The translations under genes were made by a program, and so were the position numbers. The notes below the pieces were generated by a model that ran no database searches, was not told the origin of the DNA, and was given only the letters and a program-made list of their open reading frames with translations. A stretch of 63,807 nucleotides of DNA from Candidatus Eiseniibacteriota bacterium (GTDB lineage Bacteria; Eisenbacteria; RBG-16-71-46). The stretch spans positions 1-63,807 of the forward strand of contig JBGAOA010000018.1 of the NCBI GenBank assembly GCA_044222065.1, given 5' to 3'. Every line of letters starts with the position of its first letter. Position 1 is the first letter of the stretch. Of this stretch, positions 20,529-29,903 are shown piece after piece.

Positions 20529-21137
20529 TTCGGAGGGTCTCCTCTCCCGCCGCCTTCGACCGGCGTGCGGCGGCTCCGGCGGATGACGCCCCGCGGCGGC
20601 CGCGATCAGGATCGCGAGCGCGACCATCCGGTCGGGAACGATGACGTAGTGGTTGCGCTTCTCGAGCCGCACCCAGCCGACGGCCTGGAGCTCGCGAAGG
20701 TGGTGGTAGAGCTGGCCCGTCGTGCCCATGCCCGGGATGCGGCCCAGTTCCGTGACGTCGTAACGGCCGTGAGCGAGCGCACGCAGGATCTCGAGGCGCA
20801 CGGGGTGACGGAGCGCCGAGAACGCGGGCGCCCACGGCGTCCACGGCTCGTCGAGCAAGGGCGCCAGCTCGCGCTCGCCGATCCACTCGTAGTGCTCCCC
20901 GCCTCCGGCGTACACGATGCCCGCGAACGCGACGCGGCCGCCCGCGCGCCCGCGCGCGGGGCGCGGCGCCGCGCGGCGACGCAGGCCCTGGAGCACCCAC
21001 TGCGCGTCGGGAGCGGGCGCCTCCGGCGCGCGTGCCGCGGGGGTGCGCGCGGTGCGCGCGGGAGCTTCGAGCGCCGCGATGCGGCGTTCGAGCGATTCGA
21101 GCCGTCGTCGGATCGTCCGCGGGTCCGGTGAAGTCAT
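20526..21137 (-). CDS. ArsR-family winged-helix transcriptional regulator
   Basis: The HTH region is VRLEILRALAHGRYDVTELGRIPGMGTTGQLYHHLRELQAVGWV. Its stop overlaps the protease start. Confidence 0.7.
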   Translation of the reverse strand: MTSPDPRTIRRRLESLERRIAALEAPARTARTPAARAPEAPAPDAQWVLQGLRRRAAPRPARGRAGGRVAFAGIVYAGGGEHYEWIGERELAPLLDEPWTPWAPAFSALRHPVRLEILRALAHGRYDVTELGRIPGMGTTGQLYHHLRELQAVGWVRLEKRNHYVIVPDRMVALAILIAAAAGRHPPEPPHAGRRRRERRPSE

Positions 21138-21233
21138 GCCGCTCCGTCGTTACGGAACGGCGTAGTGGATGGGCGGCGCGGAACGAACGCGGCGATCGAG
21201 GGGACCGGCGCGTCTCGAATCGTCCGCCGCGAG

Positions 21234-21626
21234 TCAGGCGCGGCGCGTCGTCCGGACCGGCCGCTTCCGCGCGGCGTCCTGCTTCGCGCGCAGCTTCGCG
21301 ATGCGCTCGATGAGGTCGTATCGCATCGGCTCGTCGAGCGGGAACCGCAGGTTCCCCTTCGGCCCGCAATAGCGCGCGAGCGCCTTCTCGAGGCGCGCAT
21401 CGCCGCGCACCGGCGGAAACACGCCGAGGTGCGCCTTGAACGCGGCGAAGTAGAGCAGGATGCCGTTGCCCTTGAACGCCGGCATCCGGTAGCTCAGGAC
21501 TTCGCGCGCGCCGGGCGCCGCGGCGCGCACGATGCGGCGGACGCGCTTCAGCACGCGCTGCACCCCGGGCTCGAACGCCGCGATGTACTCGTCCACGGTC
21601 TCGGGCGCTTTCGATTTCATCGGCAC
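21234..21626 (-). CDS. DUF1801 (YdhG-like) domain protein
   Basis: 130 aa. The pattern VDEYIAAFEPGVQRVLKRVRRIV...GNGILLYFAAFKAHLGVFP is present. Confidence 0.7.
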   Translation of the reverse strand: MPMKSKAPETVDEYIAAFEPGVQRVLKRVRRIVRAAAPGAREVLSYRMPAFKGNGILLYFAAFKAHLGVFPPVRGDARLEKALARYCGPKGNLRFPLDEPMRYDLIERIAKLRAKQDAARKRPVRTTRRA

Positions 21627-21651
21627 GACGGTCTCCTCGAGCGGTCGGCGT

Positions 21652-22350
21652 TCAGATCGCGAGCGCGCGCTCGACGGCGGCGCGCGCGAGCAGGCGGGTC
21701 GAATCGAGCGTCGGCAGCGACGCGTTGCGGTCGTCGAGCACGAGCGGCAGCTCGGTGCAGCCGAGGATCACGGCGTCGGCGCCGGCATCGCGCAGGCGAT
21801 CCACGACCTCGCGCAGCGCCGCGACCGAGCCGGGCCGGAACTCGCCGCGCACGAGTTCCTCCATGATCACGCCGTGTACGACGTCGAGGTCGCGAGACTC
21901 GGGGCGCAGTGCGGCGAGCCCGTGGACGCGCAGCGCCTCCGGGTAGACGTCGCTCGTCACGAGCCAGCGCGTGCCGAGGAGCGCGGGCGCGCGCAGCCCG
22001 CGGCGCACGACCTCGGCGGCGACGACCTCGGCGATGTGGAGCCACGGCCGCGGCGAGCGCTCGCGCACGCGCGGCAGCGCGGCGTGAATCGTGTTGTCCG
22101 GGCAGATCAGGAAGTCGGCGCCGGCGGCCGCGAGCCGATGGGCCGAATCGAGCATGAGCGTCGCGATGCCGTCGAGGTCGGCGCGGTCGAGGCACGCGAC
22201 GTAGTCCGCGAGCGCGTGCGAGTGGAGCGACAGCTCGGGGTGTGCGTGCGCGCCGAGCCGCGCCTCGCCTTCGGCGCAGATCGTCCGATGGCAGAGCGAC
22301 GCGCCCTCGGCCGAGCAGGCCACGATGCCGATGTGCAGCGCGCGCCCCAT
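21652..22350 (-). CDS. Aspartate/glutamate racemase family protein
   Basis: 232 aa. Conserved blocks HIGIVACSAEGASLC and AVILGCTELPLV are present. Confidence 0.8.
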   Translation of the reverse strand: MGRALHIGIVACSAEGASLCHRTICAEGEARLGAHAHPELSLHSHALADYVACLDRADLDGIATLMLDSAHRLAAAGADFLICPDNTIHAALPRVRERSPRPWLHIAEVVAAEVVRRGLRAPALLGTRWLVTSDVYPEALRVHGLAALRPESRDLDVVHGVIMEELVRGEFRPGSVAALREVVDRLRDAGADAVILGCTELPLVLDDRNASLPTLDSTRLLARAAVERALAI

Positions 22351-22418
22351 CGCCGGACGGTCAGCGCGCCGACGAGGGACGCGGGTGCGGCGGCGGCACG
22401 CGGAGGACTCCCGCGCGC

Positions 22419-22790
22419 TCAGACATGCTGGTCGACGAGGATCGGATTGCCGTCAGGATCCACGACGATGAAGTGTGCGGGGCCTTTCGTGGACTCGTCG
22501 GCCTCCGCCTGGAGCGCGATGCCCTTCGACTTCAGATCGCGCTGGATCTCGCGCACGTCGGCGAACGAGGCGAGCGGCTGCGCGCCCTGGTCCCAGCCGG
22601 GATTGAACGTCAGCGTGTTCTTCTCGAACATGCCCTGGAAGAGCCCGATGACGTGATCGCCGTTCTTGAGGATCAGCCACCTCTGGTCGGCGTTGCCGCC
22701 GAGCTTCTGGAAGCCGAGCTTCTCGTAGAACGCCTTCGAGGCGTGGATATCCTTCACGGCCAGACTGATCGAGAACGCGCCGAGCAGCAT
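22419..22790 (-). CDS. VOC (glyoxalase/bleomycin-resistance) family protein
   Basis: 123 aa. A VOC fold signature is present (FSISLAVKDIHASKAFYEKLGF ... HFIVVDPDGNPILVDQ). Confidence 0.8.
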   Translation of the reverse strand: MLLGAFSISLAVKDIHASKAFYEKLGFQKLGGNADQRWLILKNGDHVIGLFQGMFEKNTLTFNPGWDQGAQPLASFADVREIQRDLKSKGIALQAEADESTKGPAHFIVVDPDGNPILVDQHV

Positions 22791-22962
22791 GGTGGGCTCC
22801 TGGGGTCGAGTGACGTGCCGGACGAGTGTCGCGGGCGCGGACTCTAGCGCAGAAGCAGCCGCGCGTGGGGCTGCGCTCGGCGAGGCACGAAGACGAAGGC
22901 GGAGCGCCGGCGCCGTCCACCACGCCTGCGCTCCGCTTCACCCTCCGGGAGCGGCGACGGGA

Positions 22963-23832
22963 TCACCCGCCCGGGAACTCCACGTCGTTCGTGGCGTCGT
23001 TCGCGAGCGGCTGCGTCACCGGCGGCCACACGCCCGCGTCCGTCTGGCCTTCCATCTCGCCCATGCGCGGCGCGACGCCCGGGTCGCGGCGGAAGAGCAC
23101 GCCGAGCTGGAAGCGCGGGCCCTTCGACACCTCCATCGCCTTCGCGAGATCCGTCGGGTCGTAGTCGTCCGGCAGCAGGTCGCAGCGCTGGTAGATCTGT
23201 TCGGCGTAGGTCGGCGTCTGGTACGTCACGCAACCCGCGAGCACGTGCACGAACGCGAAGCCGGGGTAGCGGATCGCCTCGGCGAGCGTCTGCCGCAGGT
23301 GCGGCAGGTTGCCCGCGTGCGTGCGCGCGACGAAGCCGCAGCCCGCGCTGAGCACGAGCAGCACCGGATTCAGCGGGCGCTCGTCCGGCCCCGCGAGGCC
23401 GCGCTCCTGCTTGAAGTCCGCCTCGGTCGTCGGCGACGCCTGCCCCTTCGTGAGTCCGTAGATGCCGTTGTCGAGCACCGCGTACGTGATGTTCGGATTG
23501 CGGCGGATCGCGTGCGGCAGGTGACCGAGCCCGATGCTGAAGCCGTCGCCGTCGCCGCCGACGACGATCGTCGTGATGTCGGGACGCGACAGCTTGAGGC
23601 CGGTCGCGATCGGCAGCGCGCGGCCGTGGATGGAATTGAACGCGTAGCTCTTCGTGTAGCCCGGCAGCCGGCTCGAACAGCCGATGCCGCTGATCACCGC
23701 GAGCCGCTCGGGAATCACTTCGCAGTCGGCGAGCGCCTGCGTCAGCCCCTTCAGCACGCCGTAGTCGCCGCAGCCCGTGCACCAGACGGGCGTCACTTCG
23801 GTCCGGAAATCCTTGGCCTTGAGTTGCGTCAC
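22963..23832 (-). CDS. korB: 2-oxoacid:ferredoxin oxidoreductase, beta (TPP-binding) subunit
   Basis: GTG start at 23832 is preceded by GGAGGTG. Motifs: WCTGCGDYG, GIGCSS, GGDGDGFSIGLGHL. 289 aa. It overlaps the korA stop by 4 nt. Confidence 0.9.
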   Translation of the reverse strand: MTQLKAKDFRTEVTPVWCTGCGDYGVLKGLTQALADCEVIPERLAVISGIGCSSRLPGYTKSYAFNSIHGRALPIATGLKLSRPDITTIVVGGDGDGFSIGLGHLPHAIRRNPNITYAVLDNGIYGLTKGQASPTTEADFKQERGLAGPDERPLNPVLLVLSAGCGFVARTHAGNLPHLRQTLAEAIRYPGFAFVHVLAGCVTYQTPTYAEQIYQRCDLLPDDYDPTDLAKAMEVSKGPRFQLGVLFRRDPGVAPRMGEMEGQTDAGVWPPVTQPLANDATNDVEFPGG

Positions 23833-25598
23833 GGCGTCACCTCCAGCAGGCGCTGCAGCTCGACCGTCGTGACCGGAACGCCGCCGCTGCGGGCGAGCGA
23901 CCGGAACTCGTCGATGTGCGTCATTCCCGCGATGTGGCGGAAGAACTGGCCCTGGAAACTCAGCTCGAGCACGCAACCCTTTGCGAGCCCCTTTCGCCAG
24001 CGTTCGAACGCCTCGAGCGGGAACGGGTGGATCACTTCGGGCATGAACACGCGCCACTCGGGACGGCGCGCGACCCACTCGCGCAGCAGCCCGTACTGGC
24101 TTCCCCACGCGACGATGCCGTTCGGCGCGTCGTCGCGGCCGAGCGTGCGGAACCAGCCCTTCGTCTCTTCCGCGATCGCCTCGAACTTCCTGAAGCGCTT
24201 CTCGTTCATGCGCTGGTGCATCAGCGTGTCGGCGGTCGGCAGGCCCTCGGGCGTGTGCTCGATGCCCGCCGCCTGGTACGTGCCGCCCGGCACGCCCGGC
24301 ACGCGGAACGCGTTCACGCCGTGGGCGCCCGACAGGTCGAAACGCGCCGGCGAGTCCGACGGCGACCAGCGTTTGCGCAGCACGCGGTCGTGGCGGCCGA
24401 TCGGCACGTCGCGGATCTGGCGGCGTTGCGCGATGTAGGCGTCCGACAGCACGAGCACGGGCAGCTGGTACGTCTCGCTGATCGTGAACGCCTTGAGCAT
24501 CACGTCGCGCGCGTGCACGACGTCGAACACGCCGAGCACGACGCGCGGGAAGTCGCCGTGACCGCCGTACACCGACTGGAACAGGTCGCTCTGTTCGGTG
24601 CGCGACGGCATCCCGGTCGCGGGACCGGCGCGCTGGCAGTCCACGATGACGGCCGGCAGCTCGGCCATGCTCGAGAGCCCGAGCATCTCGGTCATCAGCG
24701 ACAGGCCGGGGCCGCTCGTCGCCGTCATCGAGGGCACGCCGCCGAACGACGCGCCGAGCACCATGCCGAGCGCCGCGATCTCGTCCTCGGCCTGCACGAC
24801 CCGTCCGCCGCGTGCGGGCAGCTCTTCGATGAGCGTCTCCATCACCTCGGACGACGGTGTGATCGGGTAGCCCGCGAAGAAGCTCAGTCCCGCCTCCATC
24901 GCGCCGCGCGCCGACGCCTCGTTCCCCGTCTCGACGTGCAGCGCCGTGCCGCGCGCGCGCAGCTTCGTGATGGGCTGCAGCTCGTTGGTCGCGTGCGCGC
25001 CGTTGAAGGTCGTCAGGTTGTTCGCGAGCGCCTTCGGCTTGTGGCCGAAGCGCTTCCGCAGCGAGCCGCGCGCGAACTCGGGGTCCCAGCCGAGGAGCCG
25101 CGTGAGCAGCGCGAGCGCTTTCATGTTCTTGGGCTCGCCCGCGACCTCGACGCCGTCCTGGAACGTCGCGAACGGATAGCGCGTCGCCTCGCGCGCGAGC
25201 GGGCCGAGCCACTCGGGCAGCGGATTCTGGTCCGCGGCGTCGAGGATCACGACGCTGTCGGACTTGAGCCGCACCGCGCCCTGGAAGCGCTTCAGGTCGG
25301 CGATGCGGAAGCACAGCAGCACGTCGGCCTGGTCGCCCTCGTACTGCACTTCGGTCTCGGACAGGCGCAGCACGACCGCGGACTCGCCGCCGCGGATCTG
25401 CGGCCCGTACGACTGGACCATCATGCCGTAGATGCCCTGTTCGGCGGCCATGTTGAGCAGCAGGTCGCCGAGCAGCGCGACACCGTCGCCGCCGCTCCCG
25501 ACCAGCGCGAGGACGACGGAGTGCGTCGCGGAGGCCACGTCGGCGGGGGACGCCGATGCGGACTCGTGCGACGGATGAGCGAGGGACTCCGGACGCAT
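23829..25598 (-). CDS. korA: 2-oxoacid:ferredoxin oxidoreductase, alpha subunit with N-terminal gamma domain fused
   Basis: ATG at 25598 is preceded by GGAGG. The gamma-like block is LVGSGGDGVALLGDLLLNMAAEQGIYGMMVQSYGPQIRGGES, followed by the alpha core GYPITPSSEV. 590 aa. Confidence 0.9.
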   Translation of the reverse strand: MRPESLAHPSHESASASPADVASATHSVVLALVGSGGDGVALLGDLLLNMAAEQGIYGMMVQSYGPQIRGGESAVVLRLSETEVQYEGDQADVLLCFRIADLKRFQGAVRLKSDSVVILDAADQNPLPEWLGPLAREATRYPFATFQDGVEVAGEPKNMKALALLTRLLGWDPEFARGSLRKRFGHKPKALANNLTTFNGAHATNELQPITKLRARGTALHVETGNEASARGAMEAGLSFFAGYPITPSSEVMETLIEELPARGGRVVQAEDEIAALGMVLGASFGGVPSMTATSGPGLSLMTEMLGLSSMAELPAVIVDCQRAGPATGMPSRTEQSDLFQSVYGGHGDFPRVVLGVFDVVHARDVMLKAFTISETYQLPVLVLSDAYIAQRRQIRDVPIGRHDRVLRKRWSPSDSPARFDLSGAHGVNAFRVPGVPGGTYQAAGIEHTPEGLPTADTLMHQRMNEKRFRKFEAIAEETKGWFRTLGRDDAPNGIVAWGSQYGLLREWVARRPEWRVFMPEVIHPFPLEAFERWRKGLAKGCVLELSFQGQFFRHIAGMTHIDEFRSLARSGGVPVTTVELQRLLEVTP

Positions 25599-25599
25599 T

Positions 25600-26472
25600 T
25601 CAAGCCTCCACGGTGGCGGGTTCGACCGGTTCCGGTCGGGGGCGCTGACCGATGCGATGCAGGATCGTGCTCGGACAGATTTCGACGCACGCTTCGTTGC
25701 ACGACGGCCCGTAGGCGATGCACTTCTCGTGATCGATGACGATCGTCCGGCCGTCCCACTCGATCGCGCCGGCCGGGCACTTCGAGACGCACTTGCGGCA
25801 CAGCGTGCAGCCCACCATGCAGGTGGCGCGCACCACGGACTGCTTGTCCTTCGCGACGCACGACAGCTCGATGCGGTGGTTGCGCGGGTAGAGCTGGAAC
25901 AGCTCCTTCGGGCACACGGGCACGCACACGCCGCAGCCGGTGCAGGTCTCGGGATCCACGACCGCGATGCCTTCGCCACCGAGCGACAGCGCGCCGAACG
26001 GGCACGCCTTCACGCAGTCGCCGAGGCCGAGGCAGCCGTTCTTGCACGCCTTCGGGCCGCCGAAGACGAGCGACGCCGCGGCGCAGGTCTCGAGCCCGGC
26101 GTACTGCGCCTCGTCGCGCGCGTAGGCGCTCACGCCGTGGCAGCGCATCAGCACGACGCGGTCCTGCACCTCGCCCGGCGCCTTGCCCGTGAGCGCGGCG
26201 ACCTGCGACGCGACCGTCGCGCGTCCCGGCGCGCACAGGCTCGGCGGCACGCCCGGGTCGAGCGCGACCGCCTCGGCGTACGCCTGGCAGCCCGCGTAGC
26301 CGCACGCGCCGCAGTTCGCCGACGGCAGCGCCGCGCGCACGCGTTCGACGAGCGGATTCACCTCGACCCGGAACTTGATCGCGGCGGCCGCGAGCGTGAC
26401 GCCGAAGAACAGCCCGAGCAGGGCGAAGAGCCCGAGTCCCCACAGCGCGATTTCGAGAGCGGAGCGGTCCAT
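25600..26472 (-). CDS. rnfB: Rnf complex subunit B (4Fe-4S polyferredoxin)
   Basis: N-terminal TM helix, the CGACGYAGC motif, and several CxxCxxCxxxCP clusters. 290 aa. Confidence 0.9.
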   Translation of the reverse strand: MDRSALEIALWGLGLFALLGLFFGVTLAAAAIKFRVEVNPLVERVRAALPSANCGACGYAGCQAYAEAVALDPGVPPSLCAPGRATVASQVAALTGKAPGEVQDRVVLMRCHGVSAYARDEAQYAGLETCAAASLVFGGPKACKNGCLGLGDCVKACPFGALSLGGEGIAVVDPETCTGCGVCVPVCPKELFQLYPRNHRIELSCVAKDKQSVVRATCMVGCTLCRKCVSKCPAGAIEWDGRTIVIDHEKCIAYGPSCNEACVEICPSTILHRIGQRPRPEPVEPATVEA

Positions 26473-26475
26473 GGG

Positions 26476-27450
26476 TCAGCGCATGAAGTTGAGGCCGGAG
26501 AAGCCCATGAACGCGAGCGCGAACAGTCCCGCGAGCGCGAACGCGATCGGCAGGCCCTGGAAGCTCTGCGGCACGCGCGCGAGTTCCATCTTCTCGCGCG
26601 CGCACGACATGAGGAACAGCGCGAGCGCGAAGCCGAGCCCCGAGCCGAGCGCGAGCGCGAAGGCGTCCTGCGGCGAGGCGTTCGACGCGGCGTTCAGCAG
26701 CGGCACCGCGAGGATGATGCAGTTCGTCGTGATCAGCACGAGGTAGATGCCGAACTTCTTGTGCAGTTCGGCGTGCGTCTTCTTGAGCATCGTGTCGAGG
26801 AACTGCACGACGAACGCGACGACGCCGATGAACACGATCACCTGCAGGAACGCGAGGTGGTGCGGCAGCATGACGAACGCGTAGATGAGCCAGGACAGCA
26901 TCGCCGTGCCGATCATCACGGCCGTGAACGTGATGCCCATGCCGACCGCCGTGTCGCGGCGCTTCGTCACGCCGAAGAAGATGCAGAGCCCGAGGTAGCG
27001 CGTGAACACGAAGTTGTTGATGAGCGCGGCGCTCATCACCGCGGTGAGGAGCAGCGCCCACGGCGCCGGCCGCACCGGCAGGCGCGACGGCGGATCGGCG
27101 AGTTCGAGCACGTAGCGCCCCGCGGGCTCGAGCCGGCCGGCCACGGTGAGCAGCGCGACGTTCCCCGGCTGCGGCTCGACGGCCGTGACGGCGATCGGCA
27201 GGTCGGGCGCGAGTTCCGGCGTGAGCCGGAACGCGGCCGGAGCGAGCCCGTCGGCGGGCCGCGCGAGCTTCACGCGCAGGTGGTCGGGCGCGAGCACGCG
27301 CGCCGAGGCGAGCGCGCCGCGATCGTTCGTCGCCGCGTGCACGCGCGGCGCGTGGAACGCGATCGCACCGAGCGCGAGCGCGAGCAGCCCGAGCAGCAGC
27401 GCGATGAACGCGACGAGCGGCTTGCGGAACTCGCTCGGATCATGCCGCAT
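26476..27450 (-). CDS. rnfA: Rnf complex subunit A with ~138-aa N-terminal extension
   Basis: The RnfA core begins at MSAALINNFVFTRYLGLC. An in-frame upstream extension (MRHDPSEF...TM helix...~100 aa) starts at the ATG at 27450, which overlaps the rnfE stop. Confidence 0.85.
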   Translation of the reverse strand: MRHDPSEFRKPLVAFIALLLGLLALALGAIAFHAPRVHAATNDRGALASARVLAPDHLRVKLARPADGLAPAAFRLTPELAPDLPIAVTAVEPQPGNVALLTVAGRLEPAGRYVLELADPPSRLPVRPAPWALLLTAVMSAALINNFVFTRYLGLCIFFGVTKRRDTAVGMGITFTAVMIGTAMLSWLIYAFVMLPHHLAFLQVIVFIGVVAFVVQFLDTMLKKTHAELHKKFGIYLVLITTNCIILAVPLLNAASNASPQDAFALALGSGLGFALALFLMSCAREKMELARVPQSFQGLPIAFALAGLFALAFMGFSGLNFMR

Positions 27451-28099
27451 GCTGTCCTCCCGCGGCGTCGGCCGACGAGTGTCCGGTGAGCTGGCGCTCG
27501 AGGCGGTTGAAGAACGCCATGAGCAGCGCGATCGAGAAGAACCCGCCCGCCGGAAGCGCGAAGAAGAGCAGCGGCTTCACGGGCACGACCCGGAACCCGA
27601 GCAGCGTGCCGTTGCCGAGCAGCTCGCGGAACACGCCGATCGCGACGAGCGCGAGCAGGAACCCGAGCCCCATGCCGACGCCGTCCCAGAACGTGGGCAC
27701 GAGCGGCTGGCGCGAGGCGAACACCTCGAGGCGCGAGATGATGATCGCGAACGCGACGATGAGCTTCACGTACAGGCCGACCTGGGCGTAGAGCGCGGGC
27801 ACGAATGCCGCGAGCGACATGTCCATCGCGCTCACCCACACCGCGATGATCAGCGTGTACACCGGGATGCGCACGGCCGGGTGGATCCACTGGCGCGTGA
27901 GCGCGACCGTGCAGCTCGACAGCACCTGCACCGCGAGCACGGCGACGCCGAGGATGATGCCGTTCATGACGGTGTTCGTGACCGCGACCGCCGGGCACAG
28001 CGAGAGGGCGAGCCGGAACACCGGGTTCTCGGCGAAGATGCCGTTCAGGAGCAGGTAGCGGACTCCGGGCGGCTTTCCGGGTTCGGGAACGAAGCTCAC
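27440..28099 (-). CDS. rnfE: Rnf complex subunit E
   Basis: GTG at 28099 is preceded by GGAGGGTGG. Sequence ENPVFRLALSLCPAVAVT is present. 219 aa. The GTGA overlaps the rnfG stop. Confidence 0.9.
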   Translation of the reverse strand: MSFVPEPGKPPGVRYLLLNGIFAENPVFRLALSLCPAVAVTNTVMNGIILGVAVLAVQVLSSCTVALTRQWIHPAVRIPVYTLIIAVWVSAMDMSLAAFVPALYAQVGLYVKLIVAFAIIISRLEVFASRQPLVPTFWDGVGMGLGFLLALVAIGVFRELLGNGTLLGFRVVPVKPLLFFALPAGGFFSIALLMAFFNRLERQLTGHSSADAAGGQHAA

Positions 28100-28926
28100 G
28101 ATCCACCCTCCAGGTGCGGGGAGACGATCGCCCAGCGGCGGCGGAAGTGGTCCACGGTCTCGCGCACGCCGTCGGTGACGGCGCGGCTCGAGATCGTCGC
28201 GCCCGTGACGGCGTACACGCGGTTCACGCCCTCGCGCGCGATCAGCGCCTCGTGCTCCTTGCGCCAGCGCGCGAGCGGCTCGCGTTCGAGCGCGTGGAGC
28301 GCGGCGCTCCAGTCCTCGGGGCAGGGATCGCGCGTGACCTCGAGCGTCGCGAGGCTCTCGGCGCGGCGGCCGACGTACTGGCCCTGGAACCACGGCGTCG
28401 CGGTCTCGGCGCCGAGCCCGGGGTCTTCCTCGTGCTGGACGATCTTCACGCCGGCGATCGCGAACGCGGAGTCGAGCGCGACGAAGAAGCGGATCACGTT
28501 CTTGTAGCCGCGCGACTCGCCCTCGACCACGAATCCCGCCGGCGCCCCCGCGCGGCTCGCGACGAAGATGCGGCCGAGCGGCTCGCACGTCTTCTCCTCG
28601 GCGGCGGCGTGCGCGACGTCGGTCGCGCCCGCGAGCGTTCCGTCGAGCGCGAACACGAGCCTGCGGTCCCCGTCGCCGGCTTCCCTTGCGGCGCGGTACA
28701 CCACCTGCCCGTGTTCGCGGTCGAGGTACTGGCTCACTTCGCGCACGACGGCCGTCGAGTCGAGCGACAGCATCGCAGCGATCGCCTCGCGCTCCTCGGA
28801 GGCCCGCGCCGCCGCGGCGTAGCGCTCGGTCCCCATGTAGATGCCGCCGAGGATCGCCGCGCCGATCACGCACGCGCCGAGCATCGAGCCGATCATGGCG
28901 GGCACTTCGCGGTTCGGCGCGCTCAC
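28096..28926 (-). CDS. rnfG: Rnf complex subunit G (FMN-binding)
   Basis: FMN-attachment region is TGATISSRAV. The start is either GTG at 28926 (GTGA overlap with the rnfD stop) or ATG at 28896. Confidence 0.85.
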   Translation of the reverse strand: MSAPNREVPAMIGSMLGACVIGAAILGGIYMGTERYAAAARASEEREAIAAMLSLDSTAVVREVSQYLDREHGQVVYRAAREAGDGDRRLVFALDGTLAGATDVAHAAAEEKTCEPLGRIFVASRAGAPAGFVVEGESRGYKNVIRFFVALDSAFAIAGVKIVQHEEDPGLGAETATPWFQGQYVGRRAESLATLEVTRDPCPEDWSAALHALEREPLARWRKEHEALIAREGVNRVYAVTGATISSRAVTDGVRETVDHFRRRWAIVSPHLEGGS

Positions 28927-29903
28927 GACGGCGTCCCCGCGAGCGCGACGCGGCGCGGCCGGAACCACAGGTTGAGCGCCGGCACGAGCATGTTCGCGAT
29001 CAGGATCGCGTAGCAGATGCCCTCGGGGTAGCCGCCCCACGTGCGGATGACGCCCGTGAGCGCGCCGACGAGCAGGCCGAAGACGATCTGGCCGTTGCGC
29101 AGGTTCGGCGACGTCACGTAGTCGGTCGCCATGAAGAACGCGCCGAGCCACAGCCCGCCCGTGAGCAGGTGCAGGCCGAACGCGCCGGTCCACAGCGTGA
29201 CGAGCGCGAGCCCGGCGAACACCGCGAGCGGGATCGTGAGCCGGATGATGCCGCGCGCGAGCAGGATGCCCGCGCCGAGCGCGAGCAGCAGCACCGAGGT
29301 CTCGCCGATCGAACCCGGCCGGAAGCCCGCGAGCAGGTCGAGCCACGTGCGCCCGTGGACGCTCGCGACGCGCAGCGCCTCGCCGAGCCCGTGCTCGCGC
29401 AGCGCCGCGAGCGGCGTCGGCGTCGTCGCGGCGTCGAGGTGCGGCGTGCCGAGCGCGCGCGGCACGATCCAGCCGGAGGTCATCGCGAGCGGGAAGCTCG
29501 CCATGAGGAATGCGCGGCCGACGAGCGCCGGGTTGAACAGGTTGAAGCCGAGTCCGCCGAAGATCCACTTGCCGACGAGGATCGCGAACAGGCCGCCGAG
29601 GAACGCCGCCCACGCGGGGAGTTGCGCGGGCAGCGTCATTGCGAGCAGAAGTCCGGTGCAGACGGCGCTGCCGTCCTCGAGCGAAGCGCGCTTCTTGAGC
29701 ATCCGTGCCGCGAGCCACTCGCCGCCCGCCGTGCCCGCGATCGAGCCGAGGATCACGAACAGCGCGCGCGGCCCGAACACGAACACGCCCCAGAGCGCCG
29801 CGGGCGCGAGGCTCGCGTTCACCCACCACATGATGCGGGCGGTGCTCTCTTCGGTCCGCACGTGCGGCCCCGGGGCGATGATGTACGGCGCGTGCTCGGT
29901 CAC
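28923..29903 (-). CDS. rnfD: Rnf complex subunit D (NqrB/RnfD family)
   Basis: GTG at 29903 overlaps the rnfC TGA. Sequence APGPHVRTEESTARIMWWV matches the conserved SPH/PHxR N-terminus, with multiple TM helices. 326 aa. Confidence 0.9.
   Translation of the reverse strand: MTEHAPYIIAPGPHVRTEESTARIMWWVNASLAPAALWGVFVFGPRALFVILGSIAGTAGGEWLAARMLKKRASLEDGSAVCTGLLLAMTLPAQLPAWAAFLGGLFAILVGKWIFGGLGFNLFNPALVGRAFLMASFPLAMTSGWIVPRALGTPHLDAATTPTPLAALREHGLGEALRVASVHGRTWLDLLAGFRPGSIGETSVLLLALGAGILLARGIIRLTIPLAVFAGLALVTLWTGAFGLHLLTGGLWLGAFFMATDYVTSPNLRNGQIVFGLLVGALTGVIRTWGGYPEGICYAILIANMLVPALNLWFRPRRVALAGTPS

Noticed and set aside
27440-28873. 477-aa minus ORF extending rnfE far upstream
   Set aside because: RnfE homology starts at VSFVPEPG, with a GGAGG RBS and GTGA coupling to the rnfG stop. 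The upstream part overlaps rnfG in a different frame and is Arg-rich.
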